Shown here: piece by piece, positions 1 to 9,393 of the stretch
How positions within the stretch are numbered: the first letter of the stretch is position 1
How the letters are laid out: the number at the start of each line of letters is the position of its first letter
Assembly: GCA_021801125.1 (NCBI GenBank)
Contig: JAJYYI010000119.1
Span: 20,191-84,190 of the forward strand
Source: Deltaproteobacteria bacterium
Lineage (GTDB): Bacteria > Desulfobacterota > Binatia > Binatales > Binataceae
DNA: 64,000 bases
Reading direction: 5' to 3'
Program-made: the position numbers and the translations under genes
Notes under the pieces: model-generated
The model's input: the letters and a program-made list of their open reading frames with translations, nothing else
What the model was told of the DNA's origin: nothing
Database searches by the model: none

Positions 1-1180
1 CCGAGACAGCGAGCAGGGCGGTCCATATCGCCTGCATCACGAGCGCCCACCCGGGCACAAGCGCGCGGTTGAGGCGCGCGGCCGGCGCCAGAAAGAGACC
101 GTCGGCAGCCATCGCATAGACGGCGCGGGCGCCGGTCAGAATCAGGCCATTGGCGCAGCCAAACGTCGAGACCATCACGATTACCGCGGCAATCGCCGCA
201 CCGGTCGGACCCCAAGCACCCGCCATCGCCGCCGCTGCCACGCGATCTTCACTGGCATGCGCGATACCCCGAGCAGCCAGCGTCGCGCCGCCGGCAACGC
301 CGCGCGCGGGCAACTCGGCCAGATACGCCACATTGGTCAGGAGATAGAGCACGACTACGACGCCGGTGCCAAGCAGTAAGGCACGCGGCAAATCGCGGCG
401 CGGGGTGCGAAGCTCGGAAGCAGCAAAGGTCGCCGCCGCCCAGGCGTCAGCCGAAAAAAGCCCGCCCACCATGGCGGCGCCGAACCCGGTCAGCAGATCG
501 AAGGAAAACCCGCCGGTGCCGAAAAATCCTTCGAAGCTGAAGTTGGTCGCGATAGCGCGGTGGTTGGGCGCCAACGCCAAGCCCACGGCGATGATCAAGA
601 CCAGCGATAAGAGCTTTACCGCGGTAAAGATATTTTGCAGGCCGCGCCCGACGTCGATACCGCGCAGGTTGGCCGCGGTGAGGAAGAAGATCACGCCGAC
701 GGCGAGCGCCTGTTGCCCTGAGACCCCGAAGCCGCCGAACAGCGACGCTCGTCCCGCAAGCGCCGGCCAGAACACCACCGCAAAGCGCGCGAAGGCAACC
801 GAAACGGCCGCGATCGTTCCGGTCTGAATGACCAAAAAGAGCGTCCAGCCGTAAAGAAAAGCGCACAGCGAGCCGTACGCTTGGCGCAGATAGACGTACT
901 GACCCCCAGCATGTGGCATCATCGCCGCCAACTCGCCGTACGCCAGCGCGCCGCACACCGTCATCACGCCGCTCACCACCCATACAGCGAGCAACGCAGC
1001 CGGAGAATCGACCCGTCGCAAGATGTCCGCCGAGACGATGAAGATGCCGGAGCCGATCATGGACCCCGCCACCACCATCGAGGCGTCAAGCATTGAGAGG
1101 CGGGGAAGAAGGCCGGGGGCCGGCGGCTCGACAATTTCGCCGGCCGTTTCCTCCCCACGCGAATGGGACTTTCGCTCCAT
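1..1180 (-). CDS. APC-superfamily amino acid permease (partial, C-terminus beyond window edge)
   Basis: Absent from the ORF track because it runs off the edge. Reverse-strand translation from the ATG at 1180 reads MERKSHSRGEETAGEIVEPP..LSMLDASMVVAGSMIGSGIFIVSADI..YGELAAMMPHAGGQYVYLRQAYG.. with no stop down to position 1. Repeated hydrophobic segments and the GSGIF / GGxYxY motifs are typical of APC permeases. Confidence 0.8.
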   Translation of the reverse strand, partial: MERKSHSRGEETAGEIVEPPAPGLLPRLSMLDASMVVAGSMIGSGIFIVSADILRRVDSPAALLAVWVVSGVMTVCGALAYGELAAMMPHAGGQYVYLRQAYGSLCAFLYGWTLFLVIQTGTIAAVSVAFARFAVVFWPALAGRASLFGGFGVSGQQALAVGVIFFLTAANLRGIDVGRGLQNIFTAVKLLSLVLIIAVGLALAPNHRAIATNFSFEGFFGTGGFSFDLLTGFGAAMVGGLFSADAWAAATFAASELRTPRRDLPRALLLGTGVVVVLYLLTNVAYLAELPARGVAGGATLAARGIAHASEDRVAAAAMAGAWGPTGAAIAAVIVMVSTFGCANGLILTGARAVYAMAADGLFLAPAARLNRALVPGWALVMQAIWTALLAVS

Positions 1181-1266
1181 TGCCAAATTGGTAATCCTCG
1201 AAAAAAATTGAAAAAAACTATAGACTCAGGTTTGGCTTCGGTGCAGGGCCAAGGAGCGTCAAAATT

Positions 1267-1731
1267 ATGGCCGCAAAACGATCCAGTGGGAAGAGGCGTT
1301 CGCGCGCTCGTACCCACGCTGCTTACTCCACGGACAACCTCGGCCAGTTACGGGCAGCGGTAGACGACATTCGACGGCGTTTGGAAAGCGAAGCAAAAAA
1401 GCGGGGCTTCAAGATCCCGGGCTTTGAACAGACCGCGCAGGCGCCCAAGCGCTTCCTTAATGAGATTAATGATTTGCGGAAGAAGGGTTACCAGCTAGGT
1501 TCCAAAGTCAGGCGTGCGCTGGCAAATCCAGACCCGCGCCGCATTCAGGAGCAGGCGAAATCGATGCTGGGCGCGATGAGAGCTCAACTCGAGCAGCGCA
1601 CGAATGAAGTAAGGGAAAAAGGTGAGCAATTGAACGATCTGCTCCGTCGCTCAGCGCGCCAAGCCTTCCAAATCCTGCAAAGCAAGCCGAGGTCGGCTCG
1701 GCGCAGCTCATCCCGACGAGCCGGTTCTTAA
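1267..1731 (+). CDS. hypothetical basic, coiled-coil-like protein
   Basis: 154-aa ORF in an otherwise empty gap. It is Arg/Lys-rich at both ends with a heptad-like central part (RRRLESEAKKRG..LEQRTNEVREKGEQLNDLLRR). I recognise no family. Confidence 0.4.
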   Translation: MAAKRSSGKRRSRARTHAAYSTDNLGQLRAAVDDIRRRLESEAKKRGFKIPGFEQTAQAPKRFLNEINDLRKKGYQLGSKVRRALANPDPRRIQEQAKSMLGAMRAQLEQRTNEVREKGEQLNDLLRRSARQAFQILQSKPRSARRSSSRRAGS

Positions 1732-2127
1732 CCGCCTTTTGACCGCGCAGCCCGACGCGAATGCGCCGCCCGCTCCGCTTTGGACACCTGCTGCCGCCGG
1801 CCCATCCGACTAGAGCGCGTGCGTCAGGCCGAATTCAGCAAGGAGCGGCCCCGCAGCAAATCCAAATTGCTCGCATATCGTTTGGGAGCATGGTCGGTGC
1901 GCGTGTTGCCGCTGACTGCGCCTGCTCAACCTGGGCAGAATCCTGCGCACCCCTGCACGATGATCACTGGGGGTATACCCATCCCGCAGCCGACAACCAC
2001 TGCTTGCGCGTGGCGTGAACGCAAAATCGACGCGACGGCGCCGCCGCATGATAAGGACTGGAATTCTTAGGATAACTGAAGAGAATTTCCGCACGCCAAG
2101 CACCGACCATCCAAGGAGCGTCACCCG

Positions 2128-4365
2128 ATGAGCGAAGACAACCGCAGGCAATTCACGATGGCCAGTAAGTCGCTGCCGGAAATCCGCGTAGGCCCGCCAC
2201 GCCTGACGATCCACCACGGCTCTTTGGTGTTGGTCACGGACGCCGCGGGCGAGATAGAATCGCGAAGCGAAACCGGGCTGTTCTTTCGCGACACGCGCTT
2301 CGTCTCTCAGCTCAATGTAGTAATCAACGGCGAGCGATGGTTGCCGATTCAGTCCACGCCGTTGCGATCTAACGCTCATCGCTTGTACTTCACCAATCCC
2401 GAGCTGCATGCCTTGGACGAGGCGCCAATCCCGCTGCAATCGCTGAGCTTTCAGATCGAGCGTGAGGCGGGAGACTGCCTTTATGAATATCTGCGGTTGT
2501 GTAACCACTCCGGTCGACACCTCACGCTGCGGCTGAGGGTCGTGATTGACTCCGATTTCGCCGATCTCTTCGACGTTCACAACCGCCGCTTCTTCTCGCG
2601 CGGCACGCGTGATTCGTACTGGGACGGTAGCCGGCGTGAACTCAGGATTTTGTATCGCAGCGAAAACTTCGAGCGCGCGTTGCTCTACCGCCTGGGAGCG
2701 GGAAATCCCGACCCGCATTTTTCAAACGGCCAGATACTGTTCGAGTTGCCGCTCGGACCCGGCCAATCATGGGAGTCGCGCAACGAGTTCGTACCGCTGT
2801 GCGATCACGATTTCACCGGGGTCAAGCGGCGCCCTAAGCCACGGGAATCGCGCATGGCGTTCGCCCGCACCAGAGTCGAGGAGCAAGACGGTTGGCAAAG
2901 CTCCACGGCCAGGCTTTCAGGCGCGGGCTACGTGTTGAGAACTATTTTCGGCCAAGCGGTGGAAGACATATGGTCGCTTCGGATGCACGAGCTAAAGGCT
3001 GAAGGCGACCTCTGGCTGCCGGCCGCGGGCGTGCCGTGGTTCGCAACGTTGTTTGGCCGCGACAGTCTTATCGTCTCGTTGCAATGCATGTTAATCTCGC
3101 CGCCTTTTGCTCTCGGCGCGCTAACCAAGCTTGCCGAGTTGCAAGCGCGCGAAGACGACCCATATCGCGACGCGGAGCCCGGCAAAATTATGCACGAGAT
3201 CCGTTACGGGGAGCTTGCGGAGCGCCGTTTGATTCCCCATACGCCGTACTACGGCACGGCCGACGCCACGATTTTGTACCTGATCCTGTTGTCCGAGGTA
3301 TTCCGCTGGACCGGGGACCGCTCGCTTTTGGAACGGCTGCGCGAAACCGCCCTCGCTTGTCTTAGATGGATCGACGAGCACGGCGACCGCGACGGTGACG
3401 GCTTTCAGGAGTACCAGACCCGCTCGCCCAATGGTTACTACAACCAGGGATGGAAAGACGCAGGTGACGCCTCAGTGAATATCGACGGCAGTATGGTCAA
3501 GCTGCCGATCGCCACCTGCGAATTGCAGGGCTATGTCTACGACGCAAAGCGCAGGATGGCGCAGGTGTTCGAGGCCCTCGGCGAAGGCGCGCTGCCTGAC
3601 CGGCTGCGCCGCGAAGCGGAAACGCTGCGTAAACGCTTCGATGGGGCCTTCTGGCTTGAACAGGAGCGCTATATCGCTTACTGCCTTGACGGCGACAAAC
3701 GCGCCGTGGCCAGCGTGACGTCGAACCCCGGGCAGTGCTTGTGGTCGGGAATCGTGGAGCCGCGCCGCATCCCAGCCGCGGTCGAACGGCTGTTCAAGGA
3801 CGACATGTGGAGTGGCTGGGGTATCCGGACGCTCTCCGCCGCGCATCCCGCGTATAATCCGCTGGAGTACCAACGAGGCTCGGTTTGGCCGCATGACAAC
3901 GGAATTATCGCCGCCGGCCTCGCCGCTTACGGGTATCGCCGGGAGGCCAACCGCGTCGCGACCGCGCTCTTTGACGCCGCCTCAATGTTCGAGCATTTTC
4001 GCCTGCCTGAACTGTTCGCCGGCTTTCCCAGGGACAGCGAGTCCTGCCCGGTGCAGTACCTGCAAGCCAACACGCCTCAAGCATGGGCGTCGGGGTGCGT
4101 ATTCCATCTGATACGCACGATGCTGGGGATACATCCGGACGTGCCGGAAGGTAAGCTTTATATCGAGCCGGAACTGCCGGAGGGGATTGATTCTCTCACC
4201 CTGACCAATCTCCAGGTCGGCGACCACCGGTTGTCGATCGAGTTCTCACGGACGGCGGGCAAGACCAAGTTCGAGATCATTGGCGGCAGCCTGGGAACTC
4301 TCAAGATCGAAGCAGGACCGCCGCCTTGGTTCGACTACAGCCCGAGGTCGCGTGGCGACGACTAA
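2128..4365 (+). CDS. amylo-alpha-1,6-glucosidase / glycogen-debranching-enzyme (GDE_C) family protein with N-terminal GDE_N-like domain
   Basis: 745-aa ORF. The GVPWFATLFGRDSLI, GKIMHEIRYGEL, YYGTADATILYLILL and QGWKDAGD motifs are characteristic of the bacterial/archaeal GDE (alpha/alpha)6 barrel family. Confidence 0.85.
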   Translation: MSEDNRRQFTMASKSLPEIRVGPPRLTIHHGSLVLVTDAAGEIESRSETGLFFRDTRFVSQLNVVINGERWLPIQSTPLRSNAHRLYFTNPELHALDEAPIPLQSLSFQIEREAGDCLYEYLRLCNHSGRHLTLRLRVVIDSDFADLFDVHNRRFFSRGTRDSYWDGSRRELRILYRSENFERALLYRLGAGNPDPHFSNGQILFELPLGPGQSWESRNEFVPLCDHDFTGVKRRPKPRESRMAFARTRVEEQDGWQSSTARLSGAGYVLRTIFGQAVEDIWSLRMHELKAEGDLWLPAAGVPWFATLFGRDSLIVSLQCMLISPPFALGALTKLAELQAREDDPYRDAEPGKIMHEIRYGELAERRLIPHTPYYGTADATILYLILLSEVFRWTGDRSLLERLRETALACLRWIDEHGDRDGDGFQEYQTRSPNGYYNQGWKDAGDASVNIDGSMVKLPIATCELQGYVYDAKRRMAQVFEALGEGALPDRLRREAETLRKRFDGAFWLEQERYIAYCLDGDKRAVASVTSNPGQCLWSGIVEPRRIPAAVERLFKDDMWSGWGIRTLSAAHPAYNPLEYQRGSVWPHDNGIIAAGLAAYGYRREANRVATALFDAASMFEHFRLPELFAGFPRDSESCPVQYLQANTPQAWASGCVFHLIRTMLGIHPDVPEGKLYIEPELPEGIDSLTLTNLQVGDHRLSIEFSRTAGKTKFEIIGGSLGTLKIEAGPPPWFDYSPRSRGDD

Positions 4366-4387
4366 ATCTTTATCTTTAGCCGCCTGC

Positions 4388-5350
4388 CTAGTCCGCCGAT
4401 TCCGCCGCGCGTCTGTCGGAAAACGAGTCGCGCCAATAAGCCGATACGACCTGCGTGTCGGGCAGGCGCCAGGGTTTGCCGATTTCGGCGGCAACGATGC
4501 GCGAGCGTTGAGCGCCGGCGGCGTCGGCCAAACGCCTTAAAGGCTCGCCAAGCGGCTCCTTTGAGAGTTTGAAGGTGCCCCAGTGAATCGGCAACAGATA
4601 CTCGGCGCCGCTGTCCTGGAACATCGCCCATACCTCTTCCGGGTTGGCGTGATGGTCAATCCACGGATTGTAGCCACCGACGGAAAATGCGGCGAGCCTA
4701 AGCTTGAGCGGCGCGAGTTCGAGAAACATGCTCGTGTAAGCGCTGTCGCAGGCCAGCAGCGCGCGCGTTCCGTCCTTTTCCAGGACGTAGCTGTTATAGC
4801 CTCGATCCTTTCCCCACGGGAACCGCCGCCCCCAGTGGCGAGCGCCGAAGGCGGTAACTCGAAGCCCGTCGATCGCGGTGCTTTCGCCCCATTTCAGTTC
4901 GCGCACGTCGGTGAAGCCCAATGACTTTACCAGGTCGGCGCCGCCATGACATACGACGGCGACCGCCTTGGCGGGCAGCCGCCGAAGCGAGGGCAGATCG
5001 AGATGATCCAGATGCGCGTGCGTGATCAAGACCGTGCTTAACGGACCGATCCTGCTCGGCTCGAGCGGCACTGCCATGCGGCGCCTCGGGCCAAGCGTAA
5101 GCCAGCGCCCTAAGGCAACACCTATCTTGTCGGAAAATACGGGGTCGGCAATGATGCGCACCCCAAAGTAGTTCATCAGCAGGGTTGAATGGCCGAGGTT
5201 TGCAACGGTCAGGGAATCGTCCGGCCATCGCGTGGGATCGATTCGCGCCTCATATTCCGGAGGGTTAGCGGTGTCGGTCGTGGTCGGCCCAGTCCGCTCG
5301 CACGTAAGCGCCAGATGCGTTCCGTTCTGCATAATCAGCGTCCGCCGCAC
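4388..5350 (-). CDS. MBL-fold metallo-hydrolase
   Basis: 320-aa ORF with the metallo-beta-lactamase motif ITHAHLDHLD and later His/Asp ligands (GARHW, ACDSAY, HHANPEE). Confidence 0.8.
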   Translation of the reverse strand: MRRTLIMQNGTHLALTCERTGPTTTDTANPPEYEARIDPTRWPDDSLTVANLGHSTLLMNYFGVRIIADPVFSDKIGVALGRWLTLGPRRRMAVPLEPSRIGPLSTVLITHAHLDHLDLPSLRRLPAKAVAVVCHGGADLVKSLGFTDVRELKWGESTAIDGLRVTAFGARHWGRRFPWGKDRGYNSYVLEKDGTRALLACDSAYTSMFLELAPLKLRLAAFSVGGYNPWIDHHANPEEVWAMFQDSGAEYLLPIHWGTFKLSKEPLGEPLRRLADAAGAQRSRIVAAEIGKPWRLPDTQVVSAYWRDSFSDRRAAESAD

Positions 5351-5686
5351 CGATTGGGCATCGCTCAGTCTACTCGCTTACAGGGAGGCGCGCAGCACGA
5401 TCGAGGGGCAGGCAGACGCGTTCGCCGGCTAACCATCGCGGCCGACTTTAGCGGGCGTGAAGGTGGCCACGTCGTAAGGAGGCGCCTCTTCCCTCCAATC
5501 GTAGAACAGGGACGGGCCCGACGCCTAAAGCGCAGCGCAACCCGTCTCTACCCGCTTTATCGCGTCAGGCCCGACTCGTCGGCGTCCGCCTTGCGGACCG
5601 TCCTTTGCGCAGGCTGCAACGTAGCGGCCGTCATCTTCGGGACGGCGTCGCGAAGTATCGGCGCGGCAACCACCGTGCACCGCGCG

Positions 5687-6862
5687 TCAGGCGCTCGCCC
5701 CACCGGCTTGCGCCTCGGGTAGACGTGTCCCGCCGTTGCCGTGAAGCGACAGGTGACGACTGGCGCGACGCGCGCCGGCGTGCCGCAGCGCCAATATCCG
5801 CCTGAAGGCGCGCTCATAGTTGGTCGCCATCATCTCGACGGTGAAGCGCGACTCAAAATCGGCGCGGCAGGTCGCGCGGGAGAGCCCGCTTACGCGCTCG
5901 ACGGCCGAGACCAGTCCCTCGACGTCGTTGGCGAGCAGGCCGGTCACACCGTCGCGTATTACTTCAGGCACGGAACCGCACGGCCGCGCGATCACCGGCG
6001 TTCCGCAGGCGAGCGCCTCGATCATCGCAAGACCGAAAGGCTCGGGCCAATCAACCGGAAACAACAACGCTAGAGCGTTCCCGAGAAACTCTCCCTTCTC
6101 TTTTTCGGTGATCTCTCCCACGTATTCGACGCCGGGTAGTGACAGCAGCGGCTTTATCTTGCTTTCAAAGTATGCGCGGTCGTTCTCGTCGACTTTGGCG
6201 GCAAGCTTGATCGGCACGCCGGAGCGCCGCGCGACCTCGATCGCAACGTCAGGCGCCTTTTCTGGCGAAAAGCGACCGAGAAACGCGAGATATTCGCCGC
6301 GCTTGGCGCTGTAGGGCAAAAGACTTCTGGGCAAGCCGTGATAGACCGTGGCGACCCAGTTCATCCCAGGCAGGGGAATGCGCTGATGGTCGCTGATTGA
6401 AACGAGTGGAATGTCGCGAAAGCTCTGCCACACCGGCACCAGATCCGGCTGGTCAAGGCGCCCGTGAGCCGTTGCAACCGTGGGCGTGGAAACCAACCGC
6501 GCTAAAGGAAAATTCCAGAAATCCAGGTGCGAATGGATCAAGTCGAACTCGTCGGCGCGCCGGTAGGCCTCGCTGATCATCATAAGGTGATACTCATGAC
6601 CGTACCGGCTGAGTCCTGCCAAGCGCAGGCTCACCGGCCAGATCGGTTCGAGAGGAATGCTAGCTGTGGAATCACCTGACGCGAAGAGCGTTACCTGATG
6701 GCCGCGACGGGCCAACTCTTCAGCAAGATACGCCACCACGCGCTCGGTACCACCGTAAAGCTTAGGCGGCACGCTTTCATGAAGCGGAGCCAACTGAGCT
6801 ATTCGTAGAGGCTCATCGTCTAAATTCAGCAAATCCACGTCATTGTAACCAAACTCACCCAT
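5687..6862 (-). CDS. GT4-family glycosyltransferase
   Basis: 391-aa ORF. The N-terminal GGTERVV motif and the C-terminal EPFGLAMIEALACGTPVIA (E-x7-E region) are typical of retaining GT-B GT4 enzymes. Confidence 0.85.
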   Translation of the reverse strand: MGEFGYNDVDLLNLDDEPLRIAQLAPLHESVPPKLYGGTERVVAYLAEELARRGHQVTLFASGDSTASIPLEPIWPVSLRLAGLSRYGHEYHLMMISEAYRRADEFDLIHSHLDFWNFPLARLVSTPTVATAHGRLDQPDLVPVWQSFRDIPLVSISDHQRIPLPGMNWVATVYHGLPRSLLPYSAKRGEYLAFLGRFSPEKAPDVAIEVARRSGVPIKLAAKVDENDRAYFESKIKPLLSLPGVEYVGEITEKEKGEFLGNALALLFPVDWPEPFGLAMIEALACGTPVIARPCGSVPEVIRDGVTGLLANDVEGLVSAVERVSGLSRATCRADFESRFTVEMMATNYERAFRRILALRHAGARRASRHLSLHGNGGTRLPEAQAGGASA

Positions 6863-7549
6863 GTTAGTGTATCTCCCGGCTGGATGCCTCCTTCGGTAAC
6901 AGCCGCGACCGCCGATCCCGCGTAGCGGCCTATCCCCCTTGGAGCGTGCCGGCGGCCGGCTCTACCTTGTGCTTTCTCGCTAGTGGTTCTTTTTTAGCAG
7001 TAAAAAAGATAATCACTGCTCTGGCAGGGTGAAAAGAGCCTTCGCGCCCCCTCCTTTTCGCTTTCCGTTTGCGCCCCGACTTGTAATGGCCTATCCCTAA
7101 AATTATGATTCCAACTCCGCCAACCCTCTGCCCCTCAAGGCAACAGGTATGCCAGACCCCTGGCGGCGCCATGCATAGCCTTAAAGCGAGCTACGGCGAA
7201 AAACTGCGGCGCGAAATGACGCAAAGGGTCAACTGATTAACCGAAAAGCGGGATGGCATTGCCGGCGCACCTTGCCTCCCAGCACCCAAGGCGACTTGCG
7301 CCAACTCGCGGAATTCCGCAAGAAAGGTACGTACCGATTAGGCGTGTGCGGCGAGGCGGCCGGGGTCGCGACAGACTATCACCAGACGAACCTGCCGCAG
7401 GCTTGCCGCCGTGAAGCTTGGGCCAAACTTCAGTTGAAGCGCGTGGCGGGCGGGCGTCGTGCCGGGAACGCGACGGAGATGGTGCTTTTCGAGTTGATCC
7501 TTAGCTGCGGTGATTCCGGCAAGCGGACGGTTTTTCTAGTAGTTCGGGC

Positions 7550-7837
7550 GTGGATATGGTCAAATCATCACCCGTAGAGGTTCAGGTCGAGGTTAAAAAC
7601 CGACTCGGGCTACATTTACGAGCTGCTTCCACGATCGCGGAAAATGCTCGGTCCTTTGATGCGAACGTTACGGTAATCAAGGGGCACCATCAGGCTAATG
7701 CTCGAAGCGTAACGAGCCTGCTCATGTTGGGGGCGGCCAAAGGCGCAAAGCTGAAGGTTCGCGCGGAAGGACCCGACGCGCGTCGCGCATTAGCCGTCGT
7801 ACGCGCGTTGTTTGAGAATCGTTTCGGCGAAGATTAG
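7550..7837 (+). CDS. ptsH: HPr-family phosphocarrier protein
   Basis: About 93-95 aa. NRLGLHLRAAS carries the active-site His and ARSVTSLLMLGAAKG carries the regulatory Ser region. The start could be GTG 7550 or ATG 7556. Confidence 0.8.
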   Translation: MDMVKSSPVEVQVEVKNRLGLHLRAASTIAENARSFDANVTVIKGHHQANARSVTSLLMLGAAKGAKLKVRAEGPDARRALAVVRALFENRFGED

Positions 7838-8124
7838 TCGGGACGTTTTGCATGTTCGCGCGGCATGTTAAGGTCATAGGGCTATCTCGTCGCGCCAATT
7901 GGCGAGCCGCCACGTTTGGGCTCATCGGTTGCCTGCGAGTATCAAGCGCCGGAACGAAATCGCATGGGACTCGGCCGTGCGCGCGCGTTGCCTGTGATGA
8001 AAGTGGTATAAGGGCGGCGGGTTTTTTGACGGCCAGAGCACAGGCGCCCCGGTCGGTCCGCGGCGAAGATATTAAGCGAGGGCTAGCGTGGTTTCGCAGC
8101 CCTATATACAGGAGTTGCTAGGGC

Positions 8125-9303
8125 ATGGCGCTAGATGATTTTGTCTTTACCTCCGAGGCGGTCTCCGAAGGCCATCCGGACAAAGTGTGCGACCAGGTTT
8201 CCGACGCCGTGCTTGACGCGCTGTTGGCACAGGATTCAGAATCCCGAGTGGCGGTCGAGGCGTTGATCAAGAGCGGCCTGCTGGTGCTCGCCGGAGAGGT
8301 CACGAGCAACGCGACTATCGACTACATCGAGACCGCGCGACGAACGATTCGCGAAATCGGCTATAACGCGGAGACCGGCTTCGACTGTGACACCGCCGCG
8401 ATCATAACCGCGATCACGCAACAATCGGAAGACATCTCGCAAGGCGTTACAGAGGGTAAAGGGCTGTTCACCGAGCAAGGCGCGGGCGACCAAGGCATGA
8501 TGTTCGGCTTCGCCTGCAGAGAGACGCCGCAGTACATGCCGTTGCCGATTTCATTGGCCAATCAACTGGTCGAGCGGCTTGCCCAGGTCCGAAAGGAGCG
8601 CAAGCTCGAGTTTCTACGGCCGGACGGCAAGAGCCAAGTGTCGGTGCGCTACCGAGAGGGCCACCCTGTGCACGTCTCCAGCGTGCTGATCTCTACCCAG
8701 CATTCGCCGAACGTCAGTCATGACGTCCTGCGCGAGGCGATTATCGAAGAGGTAATCAAGAAGGTAGTTCCGGAACAGTACCTTGATCGCTTCACGCAGA
8801 TATACGTCAATCCGACCGGCCGCTTCGTAATTGGCGGGCCGCAGGCCGACTGCGGCCTGACCGGGCGCAAGATCATCGCCGACACTTACGGCGGTTACGG
8901 ACGCCACGGGGGAGGCGCGTTTTCCGGTAAAGATCCTTCCAAGGTAGACCGTTCCGCGTGCTACATGGCGCGGTACGTGGCCAAGCAGGTCGTTGCCGCC
9001 GGCTTGGCGGAAAAGTGCGAGATCCAGGTCGCGTACGCCATCGGGGTGGCCGAGCCGGTTTCGCTCACCGTCGATACCTTCGGCACCGGAGTGGAACCGG
9101 AGAGCAGACTGTCAGCGGCCCTGCGAGAGTTGTTCGATTTTCGCCCAGCGTCGATCATCAGGAAGCTCGAGCTTAAGCGACCAATTTATCGGCCAACCGC
9201 CGCCTACGGCCATTTCGGGCGCGAATCGCACAACAGCCTGTTTACCTGGGAGCGTCTGGACATGGTCGACCCCTTAAATCGCGCCTTCGGTCGGGTCAGC
9301 TAG
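8125..9303 (+). CDS. metK: S-adenosylmethionine synthetase
   Basis: 392 aa with [37 protein letters not shown] and [16 protein letters not shown] signature blocks. AGGAG lies 10 nt upstream of the ATG. Confidence 0.97.
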   Translation: MALDDFVFTSEAVSEGHPDKVCDQVSDAVLDALLAQDSESRVAVEALIKSGLLVLAGEVTSNATIDYIETARRTIREIGYNAETGFDCDTAAIITAITQQSEDISQGVTEGKGLFTEQGAGDQGMMFGFACRETPQYMPLPISLANQLVERLAQVRKERKLEFLRPDGKSQVSVRYREGHPVHVSSVLISTQHSPNVSHDVLREAIIEEVIKKVVPEQYLDRFTQIYVNPTGRFVIGGPQADCGLTGRKIIADTYGGYGRHGGGAFSGKDPSKVDRSACYMARYVAKQVVAAGLAEKCEIQVAYAIGVAEPVSLTVDTFGTGVEPESRLSAALRELFDFRPASIIRKLELKRPIYRPTAAYGHFGRESHNSLFTWERLDMVDPLNRAFGRVS

Positions 9304-9393
9304 CACCAGTCACCTAGGGCAACCGGAGTCGAGTAAGCGCGGCGCTCTGGCGCGTCGGCCCCCCTGGCGCAGGCGGCGGCGGTCGAGGCAAAT

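Noticed and set aside
1810-2718. 302-aa minus-strand ORF overlapping the start of the GDE-family gene
   Set aside because: It overlaps about 600 nt of a motif-supported gene and has no recognisable domain.
7272-7577. 101-aa ORF upstream of and overlapping the HPr start
   Set aside because: No motif and no RBS. It ends inside the HPr coding start and has odd composition. A decayed gene cannot be fully excluded; see the finding on 6863..7837.
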